64,000 bases of DNA from Phoronis australis (taxonomy: Eukaryota; Animalia; Phoronida): contig NMRA01000122.1 of NCBI GenBank assembly GCA_002633005.1, forward strand, positions 70,592 through 134,591, written 5' to 3'. Positions within the stretch are counted from its first letter, which is position 1; every line of letters starts with the position of its first letter. This document shows positions 53,585 to 64,000 of the stretch, in pieces. The notes under the pieces are model-generated. The model was not told the origin of the DNA. It was given only the letters and a program-made list of their open reading frames with translations, and did not search any database. Made by a program: the position numbers and the translations under genes.

Positions 53585-53827
53585 GTCTGACTGTGTGAGC
53601 TGCCGAGCCAGTCATTGTTTTACCACGGTTGTGATAGGTTCAGTCGTCGTTTGTTTTTGTTTACAAGCTAGTCAACATGCCGCACGTTTGCTGCGTACCG
53701 AGATGTGCTCATTATCGCCTCACGCGCACTTTAGGTATGCCATTACATCGCTTTCCGACGCATGGCACACTCCGCCGTACTTTTCTTGTTGACGTGTGAA
53801 GAACGCAGTGTTTCCCGTCCACACAAC

Positions 53828-53865
53828 TTATTATTATTATTATTATTATCATCATTATCATTATT

Positions 53866-53906
<41 letters not shown>

Positions 53907-53960
53907 CATCATCATCATCATCATCATTATTATTATTATTAATATTATTATTAATTTATT
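53828..53960. repeat. (TTA/TCA)n microsatellite interrupting the THAP ORF
   Basis: TTATTATTA..TCATCATCA run. Confidence 0.95.
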
Positions 53961-56900
53961 TCATAGTATACAAAACTACAATAATAATAGAGTAATTGGT
54001 AAATGGTAAACGAAATTTCAAAAAAAATAATTATATAACGCCAAAAAATTTTAAAATGCATTTCTGTGGTGGTTCATAGTACAAAGCAGTGGAGAATTAC
54101 CGAGTATGTGGCAAGCATTTTCTGCTGTCGGAGTGCGAAAGAAATATATACGCGAAAGTGATGAAGGTCCCTGCAAAACAACGCCTGAAGAAGGGTGCCA
54201 TACCGTCGCTGTTGATTCTCGACAGTGCCCCGTCGCCACTTCCGAAAAGGGCATTTTTAAAGCGAGAAGCCTCGTGAGCTGTGGCCTCTATAGTGACTCA
54301 AGGACCTTCACCCGCTCCTCCGAACGTATCCCAGAGCGTGCAATGCTAGGAACTAGCAGTGACTCGCCCTGTGCCGGTGTTGTCTGCAGCCCACAGCCTG
54401 CCAAGCAGCCCTGCAGCGATGTTGAGTAGTGGCAGGGAATACAGGCCCAGTTCATCACCCAGTGAAGAGGACAGTTCGTCGTCCAGACCGGTGAGCCAAA
54501 CTTTGTGGACTTGACCAAAGTACTGCAACCGTTTAAAAAAGTGGCAGCTGTGTGGCGAGAGAGTCACGCTGCGGAATGTAAGCTGTTTGGCTGCTCGATC
54601 CAGTGGAGTGCGTCGCGGGACACTCGGGCAAATGAGGTCCACTTTACCATGTCCAGTGGCGTGCTCTTCTCTGGAAACACCTTTCAGTCGGTGAAGACAC
54701 TGATGAACTTCGGTAACGTCAAGCTTTTCTCGAAGACGACGTACAATAATATCCAGAATTCGTTACCAGCCGTCAGTGAGTTCTCTAACACTCTAGCTTG
54801 TCGTAGAGTACTTGTCGAAAACAACAGTAGCACAGATCCTCACAATGAACTGGAACGCAGAAACAAAATTGCGGGAAATTCGGAACCTCCTAAAGCTCGC
54901 TCCCGGAAAAGGGCATGACTAATTAATTAAATTACCGGAAGCCGTAATTAAATGAAAAATGTCTGAGACAATCAACGAACCGTATTTTTAGTAAATGACA
55001 TGAAAATTATTTGCTTTCTCCTTTAAAAGACCAGTATTTGTGAACTACACAAATACAATGTTCTCGGCGGTTTTATAATGATAATACACTCGTCCCTTTT
55101 TGCAAAGAATTTCATAAATTAAATATTTTATTTGAAGATTGTTCGTAAGAAGATCGCTGTGTATATCAGATTGTCAGGAGTATGATTTTTCGTGACCAAG
55201 TAATGACTACCTCTGGAAAGAACTAGAATTCACGTTAACACGAACAAAATCTACATATGTCTGGATGGAGTGCTTACTAACTCCAACGGCATGCCCCGTC
55301 TCCCGCGCCTTCCCGGTTGCTCGTCAAGTACATGTATCCGGTCGCATCCCATCTGGAATTGCCAAAAATCCCATACTGTGAATTACGGATTTGTAAAAAG
55401 TCGTTCAGTTTATCAGCCGGTAGTTCACTCAAAATTCCTACTGTGCGTGCCTGTAGTTTTAAAATAGATGGCCAAGCATGTAGGACATCTTTTGATTCTA
55501 TTTTTTTATGTTTATGTCTACTGAGAAAATCGACCGATTTATAGATGACTGGTTGACTATCACGCAATTTTAAGTAAACTTTAACGCAAACCAGAATTTG
55601 GTAAATCTCTACCGTCTTACATCCAAGCAGTAAGAGAACGAGGTGTCTTCTTCCGACACTTCTCGGGACAACTTGCGGTAGTGTTTTTACAATATTTTTA
55701 CATCCCTAAAGAATGATTGCGACATTGTGTCTTATAGTACCCTAACATAGGTGAAATTCATAAAACATGCCTCGCTAATGGTCACATACCCAAACCTTAC
55801 GTCAAATGGATGCCTCTAAGGAGTTTGACCCAAACAGCAAATATACACGGTGCGCCTATGGAACTGGGGTATGAACGTCGGCGATGACCATGGGGGATGC
55901 GGTGGCTATGGAGACAAGGGGGACAAAATTTGGGGAATAGAATTATGTGTAGTTGCTCCAATAAGTTTTACATTGCTACGGGCATGCTTACGCAGCAAAA
56001 AGAGGTAGCGGGCGGACTCGTAACTGTTGGCTCTCTAAAACAAAGTAATGCTCCGTAATTGTCTTCAACCCTCAAAATTTTGCATCGAAATTTGGAAATT
56101 CTTGTAAAGTCTGCTTAACTGGCAAATTTGACCTACGCTTTGAGAGGGAGATAATAGTCTATTAAATTGCATATAAATGAATGAAATACAATAAAAAGTT
56201 ACACGACTACTGTAAGGAAAGAGAACCCACCAACACTATAATAAACATTCTGTGGAACTGTGGGGATGTTTTAGTTGAATTTGTTTTCTGTAGCACGTGT
56301 TGTTTATAAAACTGCTACTCGGCTATTCAAAAAGAATATATTTGAGTTTTCATTTACATTTACCCATGCCATTGAAAAGTACAGATTCTTTGAAAATAAA
56401 AAGTTTGCAACTCAACCCAGGCTGACCTACACCGTACTCATTAGCATCTGCCCCGCTGGTACTTACCCGAACCTGGAAGCATATAATGAATAAATGAATT
56501 CCAATCCTCATTTAATACTTGTTTTTAACGGCTGTTGTTTTTCTGCTTACGTCACTGGAGGGAAATCGCCGCCCTCAATTTACAATGAATACATCGAAAT
56601 TATTTTGTCATTGTTATCTGCACCGTATGTTGGTTTAATGATGATTTGAAAATAATGCTAAAATAACCCACCAGGGGCTAATTTTGACATTTTTTGGCCA
56701 CCTGTCTCAAAGAAATTTGTCGTTCTTGGAGCTTGGTTATTTGTACATGTAAGAATAATGTATTTGACTAAAATTAGGGATTTGTTCTTAACTGTAGCTC
56801 AAGTAGTTACACGTATTACAAACTTGAAGTAAAGTGTCAATGAAATCTATTGAACGAAGGAGTCGCAAGGGAATGCTTTCACTATATCAAATCTGTGTCT

Positions 56901-57097
56901 CTGTATTAGAAACTCGACTTCGAATAATGCCGTGTGGTTGGTTAAATTCCGAGTCTGAGCCATTTGGAATACGTCAGGTATTTCCATAGTCTCTGTTTTC
57001 GCCTCGGAGGTGAAGGGTGTCTACAGTTGTGCACTTCAGTCATAATGCAAGTCATGCGACTTTCAAGCTAGTTGGAGAATAGTTGGCAGTAGATATT

Positions 57098-58966
57098 GGA
57101 TTGTTATTAAACCCCCTCGACCCCACACCCCACGACCCCCTCGATCCACGACCCCCTCGACCCTCTCGACCCACGACCACCTTGACCCAGTCTACATAGG
57201 TTCGACTCAATCTGACGATTTACAGGACCAATGAGTTGGGCCGTGAGCTCGTCTGGCTTTCCCCTGTTTTTTGCAATTAAGAGAGTCGATTCGCCAAGTT
57301 TGAAAGCTAAAAAACAGGAAAAAAAACAACGCGACCAAATCAAATCAAAGACCTACCAACGTTACAAATGTCGTTCCCAACAGAGTGTAATCGTCGTGTC
57401 GGCTCTTTAGTGAATGACAGATTCAACTTTTTTTGCAAAGAGTCCGAGGAACCGACAAAACTGTAATTTCATCGGTAAATACAGTTTGAAAAAAAAACAC
57501 TGTTTACGAAAAAGTATTTCAACGTTATACATAGGCGGATTTGGGGGGGCAGGGGGCCCGGGCACCCCCCCCCCCCTTGGCTGCTGCAAAAAATAAAACA
57601 GCAAGAGCGCAGGGAAATGTTGAGTTTATAAATTAACCCCGGTAATTAAAATTATACGGCTGAAACACGATTTAGATGTGTGAAGTTTTAGTGTTTGGGG
57701 GGCTCAGATCCAATTTCAAGTGTCAAATTCGGAACACGGTGCCTTTCGTAATGGAACTATGGCTAAGTATTAGGCTCTACGCGATATCTCAGGCGACCGG
57801 CAGTGGCGCTGGGCACTACGACTCCGTTTCCGTCGTCTGCTCCACTGTGCAATGAAGAAAATAACTTCATTTTTTAAAGAAAATGGAATCTTTGTGATGA
57901 TGAAAAAACCGAAGCTGCTGGTAAGATGTCAGTTTTAGCCTTAGTGAATCACTCAGAAACTCATAATTCTCTTTTTGTCAAACCTTAACTTAAGACGATT
58001 TCCAAAGCAATCGCGTCATTATTGCCAACAAACAAAAACGGATTTGGTCTTTTGGTCTTTTGAAGACTATTTTAAATACAACAAATTTGTTACGAGCTGA
58101 TTGTGCAAAAAAATGTAATAAGCATTACAAAAAGAAGGTTTTGCGCGCAAACGCTGTGGACCATAAACAAGTAGGTCTCTTCGTATCAAATTAGGAATTA
58201 AATCGTGGTGGAGCAGTGGTAAAGCACGTGCGCTCTATCCGCCAGGTCGTGAGTTCGAGTCTGTGGTGTTTGCAGTTTTTCCTGTTTGACACTTTCTCCG
58301 CTTTTTTTTGCCTTTTTTCTTGGATAACACTTCGGGAATCAAGGAAAGTGCTTGATTTTTAGAGGAAAAAACAGAAAAATTTCCTGGGCGGAGGGGGGTT
58401 TGCCCCCCTCCCGATCTCCCCCATTCGGTGCTATGCACATCTACAATCATGTTTTGAGCAAATGTTTCAAGACAAAATGTTGCCCCCCCTTTGTGATATC
58501 CTAGATCAGCCACTGTTATATGGAATATATTGTAAACGTATACAACAGAAAGCAAATAATAAAATTGTGAAATTATATACATTCACTTCACGTTAACGTA
58601 CTCTCTCCCTAAGTTTAGTAGAACAGGGCCATTGGTAGCCGCTCGTGGAACTATTTTCGTGACACCGATAACGCGCTCACAATCCGCTATTTCAGATCAC
58701 CTTCTCACGCCACTTTCGGTTTTTAGTCACCAGACTTCAGCCACAGCAGACTCGCGTATATGTATGTGTTATAGGAAAGTCACTCAGCTACGTAATAAGA
58801 TTATGAAATATGTAAGAAGCGCAAAAATACCTCTATTGCCTCAGGTCGTGGGTCCAGGGGGTCGTGGGTCCAGGGGGTCGTGGGTCGAGGGGGTCGTGGG
58901 TCGAGGGGGGTCGTGGGTCGAGGGGGTCGAAGGGTGTGGGGGGTTGAGGTGGTTTTCCAACAATCC
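57098..58966. mobile_element. MULE-like MITE with subterminal tandem repeats, hosting family A copy 3
   Basis: Inverted ends GGATTGTT..AAACC.CCTC.ACCCC plus arrays of ~16-bp CGACCCCCTCGACCCA in inverted orientation; flanks GTAGATATT and GTAAATTTT (7/9 match, possible decayed 9-bp TSD). Confidence 0.7.
57530..58515 (+). mobile_element. Family A MITE, copy 3
   Basis: CATAGGCGGAT...ATCAGCCACTG; TSD TTATA at 57525-57529 and 58516-58520. Confidence 0.88.
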
Positions 58967-59062
58967 GTAAATTTTGAAGTTCGCACATGGGTGGATAGCC
59001 TTCACCTCTTAAGGGAAATTTGACGCTACGAAATTACCCGAGGTGTTCCTATCGAATTGGCG

Positions 59063-60060
59063 CTTATTGGGTTGGCTGAGCATTTTATGTTTTGTGCTGC
59101 ATGTGAAAGATCGCCAGTGTTGACCACTTGGCTCATATTTTGCTCAGTCGTGACTTTTCTTAAAATTTTGCGGTTGGCAAGCGGGATGTTGACCTTTAGC
59201 CTGAACTTGAGGTACCCTTTACGCGCTTGCAATCTGGCTGGTTGACGCCCACTTTTCATCTGATTTCTGTAATCCGAGACGTCTGCTAGGAGGTAGGGGC
59301 CAGTAATTACTGGTAGAGCTTGAAAACTCCAAGTGTCTCTCCTTATGGACTCGCAATGTGGATGACACATGCATGATTTTCAAGCGAGAAAAGATGGATG
59401 TGTAAAAAAGCCATCTCAACAACATTCACCTCATGATCCAATTCACTATTGGCAGAGAATTCCCAACGGATCGTTGTTCACTACGTTATACAGGAGAATC
59501 GCGTAGTGACCAATAGTTGGTTGCTGACTCTCATCACCCCCATAAACTTGGGTTGCTCACGACCCTACACCACTGGGGGAGCATCGATAATTCTAACAAG
59601 AGAAGGGGCATATCCGGAATACTCTGGGCCGCAGGTGCGATGATTGAGCACTTTTGTCACCTTCGGATATCAATCTCGGTGATCAAACCGAACCTATTGG
59701 TTTTGTCTGAACACCGTGCGTCCGCAGAGCCCCAGAAACTCTCAGACGGATCTTGTCATCTTATAAAATGAACACACTGTGCTTGAAACTTTAGTCTTCC
59801 TTAAGGACCTTCTCGGTTTTTTCGGAGAAAACTGAAACAGTGTATCCCATCAGATGTAAAGAATGCGACGCAGCATACATCGGTTAATCAAACCGTCGCC
59901 TCATGACACGCCCAGCCTAACATATAAGGCCCAGTGGGGCGAGAGAATCGAGACAGATTGCCATACACGACTTCAGTTTCAACAGGGATGGTGAGAGGTT
60001 CCAAGTTGCAAAAAGTTGCCAGCAATTACTGGCCCCTGCATCCCAGCAGATGTCTTGGAA
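59063..60060 (+). mobile_element. Decayed Penelope-like retroelement (RT and GIY-YIG remnants) with inverted 5' pLTR
   Basis: LWTRNVDDTCMIF..HLNNIHLMIQFT, DSHHP, VYPIRCKECDAAYIG, NRDG; 59272-59322 is an inverted copy of ~60010-60058. Confidence 0.75.
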
Positions 60061-60583
60061 ACACACCTCGCACGCCACGTGGTTTTGACTAACGGAATCA
60101 ACAAGATTAAGGGTTGTTACGCACCTGTCAGAAGTAAACTGACACTGGTTTTATTTGACTGTTCTGCTTGTTTACTAGAAAATACTGCTTGGTTGACATG
60201 ACCAATGAAGTCAATTCAGTGACGATGAATTTTTTTACAACAGAATTATTGAGAACATTCTAGTACATTCCACTACATGAATATGAGTGACTATAATATA
60301 GAACCATGGCCTGGAACTATATAGAGCCTGTCATATGTTTGTAGAATGATTGGGTAGATTCCGGGAAGTTAAAAAATTAATATGCTTGAACTCGTAAAAA
60401 GTTCCAGCAACACTGTCTGAAGCATAGAACAGACATTACGTCGGATATTTTGTTTGAGTAGACTTGTGTGCGGAGGGTCAGGATTAATATAGTGATTAAC
60501 TCGAACAAGTCTTCAATCTATCATCGCACCGAGAGCTATTAGCACTGGTCACTGACTACCTGCACACACTCATCCACTGAGCA

Positions 60584-60810
60584 CTTATTGGGTTGGCTGA
60601 GCATTTTAAGTTTTGTGATGCATGTGAAAGATCGCCAGTGTTGACCGCTTGGCTCATATTTTGCTCAGTCATGGCTTTTCTTAAAACTTAGAGGGTGGCA
60701 AGCGGGAAGCACAACTTTAGCAGGAAGTTGAGGTACCCTTCACGCGCTGGGAATCTGTAAAAGCAATCTGGATGGTTGACGCCCACTTTTCATCTGATTT
60801 CTGTAGTCTG
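60584..60810 (-). repeat. Second copy of the putative Penelope pLTR segment (direct repeat of 59063-59275)
   Basis: CTTATTGGGTTGGCTGAGCATTTT..GGTTGACGCCCACTTTTCATCTGATTTCTGTA is shared. Confidence 0.8.
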
Positions 60811-63529
60811 AAGAGATGTGGTACTCTGAATGCACCGTTACTCCGTTCGTAATAATCCTATGCAATCGGTGACTTTGGGGTGAATACTTGTGATTTGGTG
60901 CACATTGTTCACTTTGAGCAGCTGGTTGCAGATGCGGAAGTCGTAAGCGGTGGAAAAATGACTTTGAAATCAGTTTCAATAGACTTTGTGCAAAGTTTTG
61001 AAGTCTTTGATCGAGCAATCCATTCTTTTCATACTTCCGGTTTTGCACACTCTGAAATGTAATGTTGGAGCTTCAAATATCTGTTTTTCCCAACTCAGCA
61101 AAAACTATTGTATACATATTCTATTTTTATTTCAGCTATGAATATGGTCTAAACCTTGTTCCTATGTTCGATTTATTTTTGGATTACAACCCAGACGAGA
61201 ATAATTTTTCTATTAAAACAGTCATTAGTTATACTCGTAAAAACTTTCCTTTTCTTGTTATCTTCAGACGACAGGGGGTAAATCCAGACAGTCTGGTTTC
61301 TTTTTTAGACTGTCCGGTCTGTTTTGTTCAGCTTCACGACTCGCATGGTTCAAAGAGTTCCTAAAATCCATTCATATTGCTAAAAATGCGAGAGTTGCTG
61401 GAAAACAGCACAACCTGTTCGTTATTAGCATAAAAATCTGCTAAGAACGGTCTTCAAGCGAAAAAAAATCTATCACAATTAGTATTTATCCCATGTTGAT
61501 GTGACGCGTTCAGCGGGACCTGCAGTAACTAATCAGGTAGGACAATTTTGTTTGGTGCCGTGAATAGAGCCGAATTTCCAATGAGGCGAGAATCAATGAA
61601 GGGGGAACATTTGCACCCAACCCGTCACCTCCTAATACCCTTACCCTTGGTTATTATGTTGTTGATTTCGTTCATGAAAACGTCCGTGTGCCGCACCCTA
61701 TGAATATAACTGCAAAATTTATGTAAAGTCTTCAGGCAACATCGGCCGCTGTCGTGACAATACTGAAGTTCATACTTTCGTGATCACGTTCCACCATATC
61801 AATAGCACATAGTGTACAACTGTTGTGCTATTGTATCAAAATCATTATCGCTTATTTCTCATTTACTTGGACAGTTGAACAGCGACAGATGGTGAAGCAT
61901 TTCAATCTCTCAACACAAATGCTGACCTGCCTTCAGTTGTATATAATTTTCTACGTTCATATCATTAATTCCACTGGGGCCCATTCAAACAAAGGTTATA
62001 AGTCCAGTCGTCCAGTTACGAATAAAAAGTTGCGACTGTCTTAGCTAAGGCCAGATCATTTTAGTACGAGCCCCTGACCATCAGCAACGTAATAGTGGTG
62101 TGTACCCGGCATGCAATCCCATTTACTGTTTTGTTTTGTTTTGTTTTGTTTTGTGTTTCTCTTGCTTCCAGCTTACTTCCAGCCTGCTTCCAAAGGTGGT
62201 CCAGCGGGTCTGGACAATGGCGAGTCTAAGTTGTCGTAAGGGGAGAGTGGCAAACTTTAATTTTAGAACGAAAAAAGGCCACATAAAATGACATATGTCG
62301 ACGGTATTTTTTGACCGAGTCCGTGAGGGACGAGTCTCCTGTCCCCTCTCTAAATCCGCCTTTTGTGTACCTCCTGTCCGTACACCTGTTGCACTGAGGC
62401 AGAAGAGAAATTTCAAAAGTAACTCCTACATAGCTCCACAATCTAAGCTTCCCACGTCCGATATTCCGTATCGTGTGTTCATTATGCCGGAACTGTTTTA
62501 CACTTCCTGTATATCGACCTTAGAAGAGTCATTGAAAACACCTGTAGTAAAACTATTCCACGAAACGAACTAATACAGTTTGCTGTGTGTGAAAAATATA
62601 GTTATTCGTGTAGTCGTGTGCATGGACCATAAGATGTGCATTCAATATTTCCTGGTTATATGCTTCTTAACTAGCTGGTCGTGAATAAAATTGGTTCAAT
62701 ATGGCATTTTAAAGCGACATTTCATCTAACACAGCTGAGAGGATGGCATGGTAAATTTTCACTTTACGAAAATAATGTATTTGCAGTGCTTCTATTTGTA
62801 TGCAACAGGTGTTGTGTAAAATCCGTAAGAGAAAATGGAAACAAACGTATCCGCTTATTAAACAATACCACCGTGGCGCCCTCTGGGCATTATTACTATC
62901 TATACATTACCCTTCTATTGATGTTTAAATTCGTTTACCTTATCCATGAGCGCAAATGTACGATTCATGACCAATTTGAAACAAGTGTGTGTTATATTTT
63001 TACAATAACTGCTCTAAAAATATCCTAATAAAAATTATGGAGGGACATTATCTTTTCTAATTTCAAAAACAACTTGTTAAAATTCAATCATACGCTTTAA
63101 TGATTTTTAAATGGCTACCAAACTCTCTTAGCAGATGAGTGCGGTGTGTATATTGAAAACGAGGTTTTTTTGGTGAGATTTTTTTACATGCTAAGCTACT
63201 GTCTGATTTGTATGGGAATTTCATTATTTTGAATTGCCTCTTATTTCTCCCACTTTCTGAATGTTTTTAAGATACATACTCTCTATTAGATAAGGTAATT
63301 GAGTGCAAAGTTACATTGTACACCAAAGAGAAGAGACCGGGCGCAATGTGAACGGTGGGGCACTTTTATCTCCCTGTTCATCTGGATTATGATTCAATGT
63401 TCGCGTGTTAAGGTTTTTAAAGTCCAAGAAACACACGTTGTGAACCTTATTGCATGGTTAAAGGAGGTTATGAGGATGCAAGCAGTACCTACCCCATAAC
63501 TTATAATCGAAAAGTTGAAATAAACGCGC

Positions 63530-63700
63530 CACTCACGATTCGTACCCGAAGAACACACGGCCATTTTGAACTTACCACGAACCCGGAAGTAAATTTCATT
63601 CAGGAACCCAGGCTTAGTATACACCCGTCGCAAAAGGTACCCGCTCATCCAAAACCTTTACGGCTAACAGATGGCGCTTTTCATCAATCACGTGTCATTT
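63530..63700. promoter_or_regulatory. Housekeeping-type promoter motif cluster
   Basis: YY1-like GCCATTTTG (~63561) and AGATGGCG (~63669) in opposite orientations, ETS CCGGAAGT (~63583), E-box CACGTG (~63689), and minus-strand donor-like GTAAGT/GTGAGT. Confidence 0.3.
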
Positions 63701-64000
63701 TATCGCTCAAGACTGTCTGCCAGAGAATCTTAACCATGAACCTTGACCTACATTCTGCTGCTGCTGACTGTAACCACAGGTCACGAGAGTTCATGAACCA
63801 GACAGTGTATGTCCTGATGAGTGGCGAATTTGTGTGGAAAAGAAATCTTTGTGTCCGACATTCCATGTTTAAAACCCCATTTGTAACAACTATTTATAAC
63901 ATATAATTAAGATGAAAGTGTTAATAATATACGCTGTTGTGGTTGCTCGGCCTAAACGCTGGGGTAAAATATATATTCAATGAACGTGACCATGGTGAGG

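Larger units (their letters stand above)
52327..55022 (+). mobile_element. Kolobok-type THAP transposon remnant, second copy, with nested insertions
   Basis: Same long TIRs as 34028-35449; right TTAA at 55023-55026; MPHVCCVPRC..LHRFP, RVCGKHF..RLKKGAIPSL (THAP) and MSSGVLFSGNTFQSVKTLMNFGNVKLFSKTTYNNIQ (resembles Kolobok transposase). Confidence 0.82.

Noticed and set aside
53712-53995. Poly-Ile/Met and poly-Leu/Ser ORFs
   Set aside because: Trinucleotide microsatellite.
53677-54275. Functional host THAP gene
   Set aside because: Stops, a microsatellite insertion and flanking TIRs show it is a transposon remnant.
59225-59275. Hammerhead ribozyme in the Penelope pLTR
   Set aside because: The minus strand has CAGATGA rather than CTGATGA, and no properly placed GAAA or stems were found.
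62123-62573. Coding exon of a minus-strand gene starting near 63565
   Set aside because: Splice-like sites exist but the phases do not join, and no recognisable protein results.

Overview
AT-rich, intron-containing animal genomic DNA, probably from an invertebrate, with one 482-bp assembly gap. Three protein genes can be reconstructed with GT-AG splice sites and matching phases. (1) A calcyphosin-like (CAPSL) EF-hand gene on + (10533-16351) has two intact duplicated last exons. (2,3) Two tandem, diverged minus-strand paralogues encode bacterial-type M4 (thermolysin-family; LasB elastase/vibriolysin-like) zinc pre-pro-proteases (22370-30112 and 40365-48132). They share five intron positions, all in the signal/pro-region or the first residues of the mature enzyme, which suggests an old, domesticated horizontal transfer from bacteria; their first coding exons are unresolved. 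The rest is a dense transposon landscape: a decayed BEL/Pao retrotransposon, THAP-bearing Kolobok-type elements, a ~1-kb MITE family with 5-bp TSDs and an internal tRNA-like Pol III promoter, P-like and MULE-like MITEs, an 80-bp hairpin micro-MITE, a tRNA-Arg-like SINE, LINE and Penelope remnants, and mini/microsatellites. All family assignments are by motif recognition, not database search.
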